A stretch of DNA of 64,000 bases, from the IMG/VR virus record IMGVR_UViG_3300029288_000158; one strand, 5' to 3'. This stretch comes from a virus. Position numbers and translations under genes: made by a program. Under the pieces are notes generated by a model. That model was given only the letters and a program-made list of their open reading frames with translations. It ran no database searches and was not told the origin of the DNA. Positions 63,974 to 64,000 of the stretch are shown here, piece by piece. Numbering within the stretch: position 1 is the first letter of the stretch; each line of letters starts with the position of its first letter.

Positions 63974-64000
63974 GATTACCTACCTCCGCGAGAGAAGTGA

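Overview
This looks like a gene-dense stretch of a large lytic phage (or phage-like element). It is AT-rich (about 35% GC), and nearly all genes sit on the + strand with strong AGGAG-type ribosome-binding sites. Most ORFs are small, many overlap their neighbours by ATGA or TAATG, and only a few are on the - strand.

Transcription runs through a conserved terminator-promoter cassette that recurs about 20 times (TTTTCTTTTGCCAAC..GCCTATTGAAAACCGAAGGAAAATCCAGC-TTGACT-N17-TA[TG]ATT). Five occurrences sit directly after rho-independent hairpin terminators.

Recognisable proteins include:
- Proteostasis: a ClpC-like unfoldase, a bona fide ClpP and an Hsp90/HtpG-like ATPase.
- RNA repair: a tRNA-His guanylyltransferase (Thg1)-like enzyme and an ATP-dependent RNA ligase.
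- Translation: an IF3 (infC) homolog that starts on AUU.
- Anti-restriction candidates: two ArdC/metallopeptidase paralogs, a Dam-like methyltransferase and a pentapeptide-repeat (DNA-mimic-like) protein.
- Mobile-element genes: an IS200/IS605-type TnpB that appears to be inserted into a nucleotidyltransferase-like gene, two GIY-YIG and two HNH homing-endonuclease genes (one decayed).
- Other enzymes: a radical-SAM enzyme with a C-terminal Cys cluster, a DHH/DHHA1 phosphoesterase and an SPFH/band-7 protein.
- A minus-strand block with a PurA/PurZ-family adenylosuccinate-synthetase homolog, a zinc-ribbon protein and a vWA protein.

None of these is conclusively the previously undescribed system; the features still unexplained by ordinary annotation are:
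- A duplicated cassette of a Cys-containing peptide plus a partner protein, the second copy translationally coupled to the radical-SAM gene and a glycosyltransferase-like protein (a RiPP-like arrangement).
- A very large superfamily of 45-90-aa genes (N-terminal MKI[KE][LF], C-terminal F[PL]ER[LM][YI]K...) arranged in translationally coupled tandem arrays.
- A 580-nt non-coding, structure-rich block next to a decayed HNH gene.
- A GC-rich KAKRDA-repeat gene driven by three stacked promoters.
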